Positions 38,676 to 48,659 of a DNA stretch of 64,000 nt are shown piece by piece. The notes under the pieces were generated by a model. That model had not been told where the DNA came from, made no database searches, and saw only the letters and a program-made list of their open reading frames with translations. The translations under genes and the position numbers were made by a program. Every line of letters begins with the position of its first letter. The stretch's first letter is position 1. Source of the stretch: an uncultured beta proteobacterium (GTDB lineage: Bacteria > Pseudomonadota > Gammaproteobacteria > Burkholderiales > SG8-39); contig CAWBNB010000010.1 in NCBI GenBank assembly GCA_963789885.1, forward strand, positions 334,312 through 398,311, given 5' to 3'.

Positions 38676-39005
38676 GTGCTGACAGTGCAGATGAACGTGA
38701 CGTTTGAGGCCAGACGCGCCTATGTCGCACCCCGAAAGAGCGTTCTATTCTTCGCGGTGCTCGGGGAGCGAAGACTGCGTTGCTACGTCCAGGAAGCTGC
38801 TCTCCTTGGACGCCAAAATTCCCCGCGAGACGTGAGAGAAGCGTACGAGCACTGCCTGTCCGTCTACGATCGAGACAAGGACCTGATTCAGGCGGCAGCG
38901 AGGCGGCTTATCGAAGCCAACCTACTGGAACGCGACGGGGCGGTAATCGTATCGAGTTTCGTGTTTGCTCTAGATGAGACGAACAAGACCCGTTCCACCG
39001 TCTGA
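38676..39005 (+). CDS. DUF1488-like protein
   Basis: SV.F.A...ERRLRC.V.EAAL...CL..YD.....I..AARR pattern. Confidence 0.5.
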   Translation: MLTVQMNVTFEARRAYVAPRKSVLFFAVLGERRLRCYVQEAALLGRQNSPRDVREAYEHCLSVYDRDKDLIQAAARRLIEANLLERDGAVIVSSFVFALDETNKTRSTV

Positions 39006-39016
39006 TTGTCGTAGGG

Positions 39017-39370
39017 TTGCAACGTTTCAGGCTGGAACTTCCGTTAGCGAGAAAAGCTGTGAGCACCAGTTCAGAGTTACAGGTCGCGACAGACGTTGAG
39101 CGACAACTTTGTACGCTCCTCCTGAGCGCGCCGAACCTCTCCGAGTTGCCGATCACGCCCTTGCGAGGTGTTGGTGATCTGGTGCGGCTGGAGATAGCGC
39201 TCCAGCGTTTCGCCGAAATCCATCGCTCCAAACGCAGCAAGATGCTGATTGGCAAGGTTCGAAGAATTCTCGGGGTGGCGCGCGTTCGGCTGCGAATAGA
39301 GCCTGCAATCGAGAGTTCCGAATCGCGAGGCGAGGAGTCTCGATTCCTCGATACCCAGCCGGCCGCTTAG
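39017..39370 (+). CDS. hypothetical protein
   Basis: ORF directly follows the previous gene. TTG start, no recognisable motif. Confidence 0.3.
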   Translation: MQRFRLELPLARKAVSTSSELQVATDVERQLCTLLLSAPNLSELPITPLRGVGDLVRLEIALQRFAEIHRSKRSKMLIGKVRRILGVARVRLRIEPAIESSESRGEESRFLDTQPAA

Positions 39371-39512
39371 ATTGGGGCGGCATCGATTCGGCGTCGTCGG
39401 GAGCGCCGATTCGCCGCCGGCTGAGGCCAGGCAGTGACCTTTCCCACGGCCACCACTCAACCCACGTGAATATTCACGGCCTGAAGCAGCGGGATCTCGC
39501 TAGTCTGCATAC

Positions 39513-39791
39513 ATGGCTAACCACCTCGCCGGAACTTCGATGAAGGCTGAAGAGCGATCGTCCGTATACGTCGTGTACCCAGCCGCGCTGCTCGACGGAT
39601 GGGAAGTCGTGAAAGAGCACGAAGACAGGCCCACGTCCTTCGGCACACGAGAAGAAGCCACCGCCTACGCGAGAGCTCAGGCCGTCATGGATGGTGGAGC
39701 GCTCGTCAAGCTAGAGGATTGGTACGGCAATACGGAAAGTGTCTGGGAAGCACACCCGCAAACAGGTCGCCTCGCACTGCCTACGTCTTGA
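39513..39791 (+). CDS. DUF2188-like small protein
   Basis: YVV......GWEV........F.TREEA..YAR..A.......V...D..G pattern. Confidence 0.6.
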   Translation: MANHLAGTSMKAEERSSVYVVYPAALLDGWEVVKEHEDRPTSFGTREEATAYARAQAVMDGGALVKLEDWYGNTESVWEAHPQTGRLALPTS

Positions 39792-39877
39792 GGCGCGCTA
39801 CCTGGTCAGCCAGCTCGCGTAGCTTCTTCGCGATCTCGGCAGCCTCTTCGCCAATCCGTGCCGCGGAAACGAGGACG

Positions 39878-40459
39878 TTATGAGACGATCTGCCAGGTCC
39901 CGTCGCTGCTGCGGCAGGCGCGGTCCGTCACGGTATCCCTGCGGCCCTTCGACGTCACCGATGTCGTGAACTCGCGGCAGCTCTGGCCGTTCTGCTTGAA
40001 TCCGCGCGTCGGCGTCACTACATAGCTCAACTCCGTTCGCGGGTCGACCCAGGTTACCGGCCGTCCATCAGTCGCAAGCTCGAGCGCGTGCCCGATGCAG
40101 CCTCGATCGGCCTCCTCGAGCTCGCGCCCGATCTTCGCGCCGACCACGGAGCCGAGCACGGAGCCGACGACGATCGCTACCGCGCGCCCCTCGCCCTGTA
40201 CAACCTGGCTTCCGATGGCGCCGCCGACGACCCCACCCAGCACCGCGCCAACAGCTTCGCGGTTGCAGCGCCCCTCGATGACACCATAGTCCCGATCCCA
40301 CTTCTTGCCGGTGTACCCGACGTAGTTCGGGTCGTGCTTCTTCCGCCAGCCGTGCGCGGGTGCCTGGGGTGGTGGATCGGCATAACTCGTCGGTGGCGCA
40401 GCGAGTGTCAATGCAACCGTCGCAAGCGTCACCGCTCTGGTCACATGTGCGATAGACAT
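39878..40459 (-). CDS. RT0821/Lpp0805 (17-kDa surface antigen) family glycine-zipper protein
   Basis: Signal peptide, PPPQAPAHGWR, CNREAVGAVLGGVVGGAIGS and CREFT...ACR..DGTW. Confidence 0.85.
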   Translation of the reverse strand: MSIAHVTRAVTLATVALTLAAPPTSYADPPPQAPAHGWRKKHDPNYVGYTGKKWDRDYGVIEGRCNREAVGAVLGGVVGGAIGSQVVQGEGRAVAIVVGSVLGSVVGAKIGRELEEADRGCIGHALELATDGRPVTWVDPRTELSYVVTPTRGFKQNGQSCREFTTSVTSKGRRDTVTDRACRSSDGTWQIVS

Positions 40460-40678
40460 GGAAGCTCCCCGGGGGATTTCGATGACAATGATTCAACGTC
40501 CGCGGCCGGACGGCGGGAATAGTTGTCTGGTCGAAAAGGCGACTTAGTTCCGCCCGCGAGGTGCTGTCGTGCGGCGACGACGGGGGAAAGACCCGCGTCA
40601 TTGCCGCGAGGCCATGGCGGAGTCTGTTGTTCATCCGGCGACGCGATCGATCGGCCCGCGTCTGTGTGACGCCGGCGG

Positions 40679-40987
40679 TCATGTCGGCGAGAGGATATGG
40701 ATCACGCGGCTCGCGATCATCTCCTTCGTCTTGGCTCCGTAGGCCGCCATGTGAGGCGCCGCGACATGGGCCTTCAGCGCATCCATGCTTTCCCACTTTT
40801 CCACGACGACGAAGGAATCGGCTCCGTAGCGAGTCTGAACGCTTAGGGCATTCTCGGCGTCGACCGCGGCGCCGTACTCGATGCACCCCTTCTCGGCCCT
40901 GACCGCGGGGACGTTCGCACGGAACGCCTGCAGGATCGAATCGCGCATGCCGGGCTTGGCGGTGATGACGGCGAGGACGTGGATCAT
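40679..40987 (-). CDS. antibiotic biosynthesis monooxygenase (putative quinol monooxygenase)
   Basis: MIHVLAVITAKPG, AEKGCIEY and VEKWES..ALKAH..APHM. Confidence 0.9.
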   Translation of the reverse strand: MIHVLAVITAKPGMRDSILQAFRANVPAVRAEKGCIEYGAAVDAENALSVQTRYGADSFVVVEKWESMDALKAHVAAPHMAAYGAKTKEMIASRVIHILSPT

Positions 40988-41151
40988 TGCGGTGAGCTCC
41001 TGTCGAAGGATGGGCGAGGGACGGCGGATGTTACCGCCGGGCAGAGGCCGGGGCCATCGCCCGCCCGTGACGCACATCCGGCCGCTCGAGCAAAATGGGC
41101 GCGCGTCGTCGGCCGGGGAAGACGGGCCGCTACCGGCCGCAGGAGGTAACG

Positions 41152-42402
41152 ATGGCATTGAAGCAGCGGGACTACGCACCGAATGCGCGGGGAACGCTCG
41201 CGGGCGTGCGTCTCCTCGATCTGTCGCGGCTCTTCGCCGGCAACGTGCTGACGCAGATCCTCGGCGACTTCGGCGCGGAGGTGATCAAGGTCGAGCCGCC
41301 GGCGGGCGACACCCTGCGCGCGTGGCGCACGAAGGACATCCAGACCCACTGGAAGATCTACTCGCGGAACAAGAAGAGTCTTTGCCTCGAGCTCCGCAAG
41401 CCCGAAGCGCGCAAGTTGCTGCTCGACCTGGTGCCCTCCGCCGCGATGTTCCTCGAAAGCTTCCGCCCCGGCACGCTGGAGAAGATGGGGCTCGGACCCG
41501 AAGTCCTGCTCGAGCGGAACCCTAAGCTCGTCATCGTGCGGATTTCCGGCTTCGGCCAGGACGGGCCCTACAAGCGGCGTCCCGGCTTCGGCACGCTGAT
41601 CGAGGGCATGTCGGGCTTCGCGGCGATCAACGGCTTCGCCGACCGCGAGCCGGTGCTGCCGCCGATCTATCTCGCGGACGGCGTCGCGGGGATCTACGGT
41701 GCCTCGGCGGCGATGATCGCGCTCCGCGAAGTAGAGCAGAACGGCGGGCGCGGGCAGGTGATCGACCTCCCGCTGCTCGATCCGCTGTTCGCGGTCATGA
41801 GCCCGCAGGCGGCGAACTACCGGCTCACCGGCAAGGTGAAGCCGCGCACCGGCAGCCGCTCGACCAACACCGCTCCGCGGAACGCCTACCGCTGCAAGGA
41901 CGGCAAGTTCGTCGGGCTCTCGGCTTCGACGCAGAAGATGGCCGAGCGCCTTTTCCGCGCGATCGGCCGGCCGGATCTCGTCGACGATCCGCGCTACCGG
42001 ACCAACGCCGACCGCCTCGCCGGGGCCGACGAGCTGGACGCGATCATCGGGGGCTTCATCGCGCAGCGTACGCAGGCCGAGAACGTCGCGTTCTTCGAGG
42101 AGGCCGAGGTGACGATCGGCCCGATCTACGACGTCACCCAGATCCTCGAGGATCCGCACATGGTCGAGCGCGAGCTCGTCGCCGACTATCCCGATCCCGA
42201 AATGGGCAAGCTGCCGATGCATCACGTCGTGCCGCGACTCTCCCGCACGCCCGGCTCGATCCGGACGCCCGCGCCGCATCTCGGCGAGCACAACCGCGCG
42301 CTGCTCCGCGAGGTCGGCGTGGACGACGCGGCGTATGCGAAGCTCGTGGCTGCCGGCTTGGCATGCGAAGGCGAGCCGCCGGCGAAGGAAGAGGAGGAAT
42401 GA
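41152..42402 (+). CDS. CaiB/BaiF class III CoA-transferase
   Basis: LAGVRLLDLS, DFGAEVIKVE, RNKKSL, FRPGTLE and SGFGQDGPY. Confidence 0.93.
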   Translation: MALKQRDYAPNARGTLAGVRLLDLSRLFAGNVLTQILGDFGAEVIKVEPPAGDTLRAWRTKDIQTHWKIYSRNKKSLCLELRKPEARKLLLDLVPSAAMFLESFRPGTLEKMGLGPEVLLERNPKLVIVRISGFGQDGPYKRRPGFGTLIEGMSGFAAINGFADREPVLPPIYLADGVAGIYGASAAMIALREVEQNGGRGQVIDLPLLDPLFAVMSPQAANYRLTGKVKPRTGSRSTNTAPRNAYRCKDGKFVGLSASTQKMAERLFRAIGRPDLVDDPRYRTNADRLAGADELDAIIGGFIAQRTQAENVAFFEEAEVTIGPIYDVTQILEDPHMVERELVADYPDPEMGKLPMHHVVPRLSRTPGSIRTPAPHLGEHNRALLREVGVDDAAYAKLVAAGLACEGEPPAKEEEE

Positions 42403-43283
42403 GCATGTCTGCGCTGGTCATGCGGAGCAAGTTGTTCGTGCCGGGATCGCGCCCGGAGCTCTTCGCCAAGGCGATGGCCGGCGAGGCCGACGCGCTGTCG
42501 ATCGACCTCGAGGACGCGGTCGACGAAAGCCGCAAGGCCGAAGCGCGCGCGGCGGTAAAGGCGTTCCTGCGCTCGCTCCCCGCCGACAAGTCGAAGACGA
42601 TCATCGTCCGGGTGAACGGCATCGCGACCGAGCACTTCGAGGCCGACGTCGAAGCGATCGCCGGCCCGGGGCTCGACCTCATCAACGTACCGATGACCGA
42701 GACCGGCGACGACGTGCGGAAGGCCGCCGCGGTCATCGCACTCATCGAGAAAGCGAAGGGGCTGGCGGAGCCGATCGGGATCCTCGCGAACGTCGAGACC
42801 GCGAAGGCCTTCCGTCTCGCCGCCGAGATCGCGGGCGGAGACAGGCGCGTTGCCGGCCTGCAGCTCGGCTTCGGCGACCTCCTCGAGCCGCTGGGGATCG
42901 ACCGCTATGATCCGGCGGTGATCCTGCAGTTCCAGCTCGGCGTGCGCCTGGCCGCAGGCGAAGCGGGCGTCTTCGCCTACGACTCGGCGTTCGCCAACGT
43001 GAAGGACACCGAGGCGCTGCGGCGGGAAGCGGAGACCGCCCGCCGGCTCGGCTATCTCGGGAAGTCCGCGATCCATCCGAGCCAGGTCCCGATCATTAAC
43101 GCCGTGTTCCGGCCGAGCGACGGGGAGATCGCGCATTCGCTGCGCGTGGTCGCAGCGGCACGCGAGGCCGGTGCGAAAGGCGTCGGCGCCTACATGGTGG
43201 ACGGCAAAATGGTGGACGCACCGTTCGTCGTCCGGGCAGAGGCGACCGTCGCGCTCGCCCGCAGGCTGGGGCTCGTCAAGTGA
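42399..43283 (+). CDS. CitE/HpcH family CoA-ester lyase
   Basis: RSKLFVPG, DLEDAV, VRVN, VET, G.GDL, GKSAIHPSQ and GKMVDAP. Confidence 0.92.
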   Translation: MSMSALVMRSKLFVPGSRPELFAKAMAGEADALSIDLEDAVDESRKAEARAAVKAFLRSLPADKSKTIIVRVNGIATEHFEADVEAIAGPGLDLINVPMTETGDDVRKAAAVIALIEKAKGLAEPIGILANVETAKAFRLAAEIAGGDRRVAGLQLGFGDLLEPLGIDRYDPAVILQFQLGVRLAAGEAGVFAYDSAFANVKDTEALRREAETARRLGYLGKSAIHPSQVPIINAVFRPSDGEIAHSLRVVAAAREAGAKGVGAYMVDGKMVDAPFVVRAEATVALARRLGLVK

Positions 43284-43333
43284 GCGCGCGCCGGCAGCGG
43301 CATCCCGACGGCATTTCCCCGCAGGAGGACGTC

Positions 43334-44293
43334 ATGCGTCTCGCACGGTCGCTGTTCGCCGCACTGTCGCTCGCGCTCGCGGGCAGCGCGGTCGCGCAGC
43401 AGTACCCGACGAAGCCCGTGCGAATCATCGTGCCCTTCCCGCCAGGCCAGGCCACGGACATCCTCGCGCGGCTGCTCGCCGATCAGCTCTCGAAGTCGCT
43501 CGGCCAGCAGTTCATCGCCGAGAACCGGGCCGGCGCCGGCGGCAGCGTCGGCACCGATGCGGCGGCGAAGGCCGCGCCGGACGGCTACACGCTGGTGATG
43601 GCCACCATCGCCACGTTCGGCATCAACCCGAGCCTGTACCCGAAGCTCGGTTATGTCCCGCTCCGGGACTTCGCGCCGATCTCGAACCTCGGGCTGACGC
43701 CGCAGACGCTGGTCGCGAGCCCGAAGTCGGGCTTCGGGTCGGTGAAGGACCTCGTCGCGAAGGCGAAGACGACCGAGCTTAACTACGCGTCGTCGGGGAA
43801 CGGCTCGGCGAGCCACCTCTCGATGGAGCTCTTCCGGGCGGCGTCCGGCGTCAAGCTGAATCACGTGCCGTTCAAGGGCAGCCCGGAGGCGCAGACGCAG
43901 GTCTTCGCCGGCGAAATCCCGATCATGTTCGACGCCATCCCGGGCGTCCTCGCGGCAATCAAGTCCGGCAAGCTGAAGGCGCTCGGGATCGCGTCGCCCA
44001 AGCGCTCGCCGTTCCTGCCGGACCTGCCGACCATCGCCGAGCAGGGCTATCCAGGGTTCGAGGCGGTCGGCTGGATCGGCATCGCGGCGCCCGCACGCAC
44101 GCCCGAGCCGATCCTGAAGACCTTGCAGGCGGCAATCGCGAAGGCGCTCGAGGAGCCGGAGATGCAGAAGCGCATGAGCGAGCTCGCCTTCATCCCGGTC
44201 GGCGACACGCCCGGCGAGTTCACCGCGTTCATCAAGGCCGAGAGCTCGAAATGGGCGAAGGCGGTCAAGGACTCGGGCGCGAAGGTGGACTAG
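43334..44293 (+). CDS. Bug/TctC substrate-binding protein
   Basis: YPTKPVRIIVPFPPG, ENRAGAGG and HVPFKGS. Confidence 0.92.
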   Translation: MRLARSLFAALSLALAGSAVAQQYPTKPVRIIVPFPPGQATDILARLLADQLSKSLGQQFIAENRAGAGGSVGTDAAAKAAPDGYTLVMATIATFGINPSLYPKLGYVPLRDFAPISNLGLTPQTLVASPKSGFGSVKDLVAKAKTTELNYASSGNGSASHLSMELFRAASGVKLNHVPFKGSPEAQTQVFAGEIPIMFDAIPGVLAAIKSGKLKALGIASPKRSPFLPDLPTIAEQGYPGFEAVGWIGIAAPARTPEPILKTLQAAIAKALEEPEMQKRMSELAFIPVGDTPGEFTAFIKAESSKWAKAVKDSGAKVD

Positions 44294-44376
44294 CCACTGC
44301 GGACTGGTCGACCCGCGGCAGAGCATGCGGTAGGGCCGGCAGCCTGCCGCGGAGCGAACGCTCCACTGACGCGACG

Positions 44377-45804
44377 TCAGCGCGCCCGGGGAGTCAGCCG
44401 GACGAACAGGTTCTCCGGCCGCATGGTGAACGAGAAGACCTCCTCCACCGGCGGTCCGTCCGTGACCGGCGAGACCGCGAAGTTCCGGCACAGCATCGCG
44501 GTCACCATCCTGATCTCGAGCATCGCCAGGTGCCGGCCGGGACAGAAGCGCGCGCCGGCGCCGAACGGCAGGAACGCCTGGGTGTCGTGTCCCGGCCGGC
44601 TACGGCCCGGCTCTTCCAGCCAGCGCTCTGGGCGGAACGCCTGCGCGTCGGCGAAGTTCTCCTCGTCGCGCGCCAACTTCCCGGTCAGCAGGTAAAGGAT
44701 GGTGCCGGCCGGCACTGCCACGCCCCCGAGCTCGACGTCCTGATTGGGCTCGAACGCCAGGAACGGCGCGACCGGTCGGTGCCGCATCGCTTCGTGCGCG
44801 ACCGCGTCGATGTAGTGAAGCGCTTCCGTGCTCGGGTAATCCACGGGGCGCTCGGCGCTGCCGAGCACGCGATCGGCTTCCGCCTGCGCGTTAGCCTGCA
44901 CGTCCGGGTACGCGGCGAGAAAGTGCATGACCCAGGAGATCGTGTTCGCGGTCGTGTCCTCGCCCGCGAGCAGCATCGTGAGGGCGTTGCCGAGGACCTC
45001 CCGATCGCTGAACCCGCCGCCGTCCGCATCCTGCGCGGCGAGGATCGCCTCCAGCAGGTTTTCGGGCCGCGCGCGCCGGTGCGGCTCCTGCTCGAGCCGC
45101 GCGCGGGCTCGCGCGACGAGGTCGCCGGCGAGCTTGTGGACCTCGGCGACCGCGGCGTCGAGCTCGCGGTCCACCGGCAGCTTGACGCAGCGCCAGTACC
45201 GCACCGGCGCGAGCATGCGGCGCACCAGGGCGGGAAACACCTTCCCCAGATGTTGCTGGATGGCGTCCGCCGGCTGCTCGAGGGTGTTGAGGTCGTAGCC
45301 GAATACGAGCCCGCTGGTCACGTCGACGGTGAATCGCACGAGATCGCTTTGCACGTCGACCCGGCTGCCGTCCTGCGCGGCGCGCTGCCAGCGGCGCTGC
45401 AGGCGCGCGGTCACCTGCTCGAGCCGCCCGAAGAAGTCCCGCAGGTGATTCGTGTTCAGGGCGTGCATCGCCAGCTTGCGATGACGGCGCCAGTCGGTGC
45501 CCTCCGCATTGAACAGGCCGTCGATGCCCAGCTCGAGCATGAGCTCGCGCATCACGGTCCGGCGCCGGTAGCCCTCCGGGCGATCGCGCAGGATGCGCTG
45601 GATCAGCTCGGCGTCGGCGATGACGACGACCGGTCTGCCGACGGCGCGGAACGCGAAGATCGGACCGAACTCGCGCGCCCATTGCTCGAGGATGAGGTGC
45701 AGCCGGGCAGCGTCGAGCTGCAGCAGGTTACCAAGGAGCGGCACGCCCCGCGGTCCCGGAAGCTGGGCGATGGTGCGCGCGGGGGAACGGCTGGCGCTTT
45801 GCAT
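44377..45804 (-). CDS. cytochrome P450
   Basis: PGP.G.PLLGN, AGEDTT (I-helix), EAMR (ExxR), FRPERW and FGAGARFCPG (heme Cys). Confidence 0.95.
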   Translation of the reverse strand: MQSASRSPARTIAQLPGPRGVPLLGNLLQLDAARLHLILEQWAREFGPIFAFRAVGRPVVVIADAELIQRILRDRPEGYRRRTVMRELMLELGIDGLFNAEGTDWRRHRKLAMHALNTNHLRDFFGRLEQVTARLQRRWQRAAQDGSRVDVQSDLVRFTVDVTSGLVFGYDLNTLEQPADAIQQHLGKVFPALVRRMLAPVRYWRCVKLPVDRELDAAVAEVHKLAGDLVARARARLEQEPHRRARPENLLEAILAAQDADGGGFSDREVLGNALTMLLAGEDTTANTISWVMHFLAAYPDVQANAQAEADRVLGSAERPVDYPSTEALHYIDAVAHEAMRHRPVAPFLAFEPNQDVELGGVAVPAGTILYLLTGKLARDEENFADAQAFRPERWLEEPGRSRPGHDTQAFLPFGAGARFCPGRHLAMLEIRMVTAMLCRNFAVSPVTDGPPVEEVFSFTMRPENLFVRLTPRAR

Positions 45805-45903
45805 GATTCTGCCCGGAGACGGCTCGATCGCGCCCCGCGATCGAGTCTGCCCCCACGCCGGGTGCGCCGGTAGTCGGCCGGACGGCCTATCGCCAGCCGG
45901 TTT

Positions 45904-47139
45904 TCATGAGCGCCCCTCGAACTGGAGGATGTTCAGGCCGGCGTTGGGATCGGTGAGATACATGATCCCGTTCTTGTCGACGTAGCAGTCGCACGACTGG
46001 ATGACCTGCGGCCGGTTCGGCCGCGGATCCATCATCTTCGTCGGATTCGGCGGCACGTAGTGGGCGATCTCCTTCGGCCGGAACTGGTCCCGGATGTCGT
46101 AGACCCGCACGCCGGCGTTGTAGTAGGTGGCGAAGATCAGCTCCGAGCTCTGGAACGCGCCGGGCCGGTTCTCGTGCAGGTTGTGCGGCCCGAAGCTACC
46201 GCCCTTCGCGCAGTAGTCGGCCTCCGCCGGCTGCGGGAAGGTCGCGATGCTCACCGGGTTGCTCGGCTCGCGGACGTCGAGCATCCAGATGTAGCGCAGC
46301 CCCTCGCTGCAGTTGGCGGCGGTCGGTTCGTCGGCGAGGACCAGCAGGTTCCGGTCCGCCAGCGGCAGCGGCGAATGCGTGCCGCCGCCGAAGGGCGGAT
46401 CCGTGTTGCGATGGCACAGCAGCTTCGGCTTCGTCGGATCGGCCACGTCGAGCACCGTGAGACCGCCATCGCGCCACGCGGTGTAGGCGATGTTGCCGGT
46501 CACGAGAGCGTGATGCATGGCGTAGCGCCGCCCGGTGCGCCAGGTCGGCGTCTCGCCGCCGCCCTTCCACATGCCGGGGATCCACCACCGGCCGACGATC
46601 TCGGGCTTGCGCGGGTTCGACATGTCGAGGACCGCGAAGACGTGATCGGTGAAATCGGCGAAATGGATCGACGCGTAGGCGTAGCGACCGCCCGTGTACC
46701 AGATCCGGTGCGGCCCGAGGCCGGTCGTCGGCGTGAAGCCGATCTCGACCGGCTTCTCCGGCTTCGAGATGTCGTAGACGCGGATGCCGGAAGTGAACCG
46801 GCTCGCCGGATCCTTCAGCTTGTCCGCCGGCGAGCCGCCGAAATAGGCCTTCTGGTCGCCCTGGAACTCCTGCATCGTCCAGACGCTCGGCGCGTTGACC
46901 GCGAGCAGCAGGTCCTCGTGCGTCTGCAGGTGGAACGCGCGCGTGCCGGGCGGGCAGGCGATGAAATCGACGACCTTCGGATTCCTCGGATCGCGCACGT
47001 CGACCGTGGTGATGCCGTTGCTGAAGCCGTGGCCGACGTAGGCGTAGCCGCGATGGACCATGATCTGCACGCCGTCGCCGCGGCCGCCGAGGTCCGAGTG
47101 GCTGACGAACTTGATGTTGCGGGATGCGACGGCGTTCAT
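45904..47139 (-). CDS. LVIVD-repeat beta-propeller protein
   Basis: Repeats of TVDVRDP, VYDISKP, VLDMSNP, VLDVADP, MLDVREP and VYDIRD; His motifs PHRI, MHH, THS and GPHNLHE. Confidence 0.85.
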   Translation of the reverse strand: MNAVASRNIKFVSHSDLGGRGDGVQIMVHRGYAYVGHGFSNGITTVDVRDPRNPKVVDFIACPPGTRAFHLQTHEDLLLAVNAPSVWTMQEFQGDQKAYFGGSPADKLKDPASRFTSGIRVYDISKPEKPVEIGFTPTTGLGPHRIWYTGGRYAYASIHFADFTDHVFAVLDMSNPRKPEIVGRWWIPGMWKGGGETPTWRTGRRYAMHHALVTGNIAYTAWRDGGLTVLDVADPTKPKLLCHRNTDPPFGGGTHSPLPLADRNLLVLADEPTAANCSEGLRYIWMLDVREPSNPVSIATFPQPAEADYCAKGGSFGPHNLHENRPGAFQSSELIFATYYNAGVRVYDIRDQFRPKEIAHYVPPNPTKMMDPRPNRPQVIQSCDCYVDKNGIMYLTDPNAGLNILQFEGRS

Positions 47140-47185
47140 TGGATCCTCCGGGTTCGTGTCCGAATCTATCACCAACGCGCGGCGG

Positions 47186-47926
47186 CTACGCCTGCGCCGG
47201 CTCCAGCCCGCCGCCGAGGAAGAGCTGCCCGATGCGCGGATCGGCGAGGATCTTCGGCGCGCCGTCCTGCAGCCGCGCGCGGCCGAGCTCGAGCACGACC
47301 CCGTCGTCGGAATTCTCGAGCGCGCGCTTGGCGTTCTGCTCGATCAGCAGCAGCGTGATGCCGCGGCTGCGCAGGCTCCGCAGCAGGTCGAACAGCTCCC
47401 CGACGAGGATCGGCGAGAGTCCGATGGACGGCTCGTCGATGAGCATCAGCTTCGGCTCCAGCATCAGCCCGCGCGCGATCTCGAGCATCTTCTGCTCGCC
47501 GCCGGACAGGGTCGATGCCTGGTGGCGAGCCTTCCTGCGGAGCACCGGGAAGCGTTCCATCACCGACTCGATGCGCGGGGCGAGGTCGAACCCCTTCGGC
47601 GCCGCGACGCCGCCGAGCTCGAGGTTGTGCAGCACCGACAGCTCGGGAAAGATGTTGCGCCCCTGCGGGACGTAGCAGATGCCGCCGGCGATCAGCTCGC
47701 GCGGCTCGCGGTTGGTGATCTCGCGGCCCTCGAACAGGATTCGGCCGCTCCGCACCGGCAGCATGCCGAACGCCGCCTTGAACGCGGTCGACTTGCCGGC
47801 GCCGTTCGGGCCGATGACGGTCGTGATCGCGCCGCGGCGCACGCCGAACGAGAGCCCGCGCAGGATCGTCTCCTTGCCGTAGCCGGCGACGACGTCCTCG
47901 AAGCGGAGGCAGTCAGGAGTGTCCAA
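47186..47926 (-). CDS. livF: branched-chain amino acid-type ABC ATP-binding protein
   Basis: GPNGAGKST, VPQGRNIF, LSGGEQ and DEPSIGL. Confidence 0.88.
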   Translation of the reverse strand: MDTPDCLRFEDVVAGYGKETILRGLSFGVRRGAITTVIGPNGAGKSTAFKAAFGMLPVRSGRILFEGREITNREPRELIAGGICYVPQGRNIFPELSVLHNLELGGVAAPKGFDLAPRIESVMERFPVLRRKARHQASTLSGGEQKMLEIARGLMLEPKLMLIDEPSIGLSPILVGELFDLLRSLRSRGITLLLIEQNAKRALENSDDGVVLELGRARLQDGAPKILADPRIGQLFLGGGLEPAQA

Positions 47927-48659
47927 GATAGGCCTCGATCACCTTCGGATCGCTGCGGACCGCTGCCGGTTCGCCCTCGGCGATGACCCTCCCCTCCGCG
48001 AGCACGAGAATTCGCGTGCAGAGCGCCATCACGAACTCCATGTTGTGCTCGATGACGACGAAGGTCGAGCGGCTCTCGGCATTGATCGCGCGCAGCCGCT
48101 CGCGCAGGCTCGCGAGCATGGTCAGGTTGACACCCCCGGCCGGCTCGTCGAGGAGCGCGAGCCGCGGTCCGGCCATGAACGCCATCGCGACGTCGAGCAG
48201 CTTCTGCTGGCCGTAGCTCAGGTCGCCCGCGTGCTCGTCGGCGAGATGCTCGAGCCGGAAGAAGCCGATCATCCGCTCCGCCGCCGCGGCGAGCCCGGCG
48301 TCGCGCGGGCCGACGAGGCGCCCGAGCATCGTGCCCTTGTGCTCCTGGCCCGCGAGGATCAGGTTCTCGCGCACGGTGAGCTGGGGAAAGATCTGCAGCA
48401 GCTGGAACGTGCGGCTCACGCCGAGCCGGTTGAGATCGCACGCGCGCATCCCGGTCACCGGTCGGCCGTCGAGGTGCACCTCGCCGCCGCTCGGCGCGAG
48501 CTGCCCGAGGATGCAGTTGAAGAGCGTCGACTTGCCGCTGCCGTTCGGGCCGATGATGCCGAGGATCTCGCCCTCCTCGACCGAGAAGGACACGCCGTCG
48601 ACCGCGACGATTCCGCCGAAGCTCTTCTTCAGATCGCGCACCTGGAGGACGGTGCTCAT
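47913..48659 (-). CDS. livG: branched-chain amino acid-type ABC ATP-binding protein
   Basis: GPNGSGKST, RTFQ, LSYGQQK, DEPAGG and V.EAYLG. Confidence 0.88.
   Translation of the reverse strand: MSTVLQVRDLKKSFGGIVAVDGVSFSVEEGEILGIIGPNGSGKSTLFNCILGQLAPSGGEVHLDGRPVTGMRACDLNRLGVSRTFQLLQIFPQLTVRENLILAGQEHKGTMLGRLVGPRDAGLAAAAERMIGFFRLEHLADEHAGDLSYGQQKLLDVAMAFMAGPRLALLDEPAGGVNLTMLASLRERLRAINAESRSTFVVIEHNMEFVMALCTRILVLAEGRVIAEGEPAAVRSDPKVIEAYLGHS

Noticed and set aside
37790-39890. Integron cassette array (ORFs ending in GCATAAC/TCATAAC)
   Set aside because: No complementary R' and L boxes, mixed ORF orientations and no integrase.
44377-45804. P450-modified RiPP cluster
   Set aside because: No short precursor ORF with an RBS seen next to the P450.
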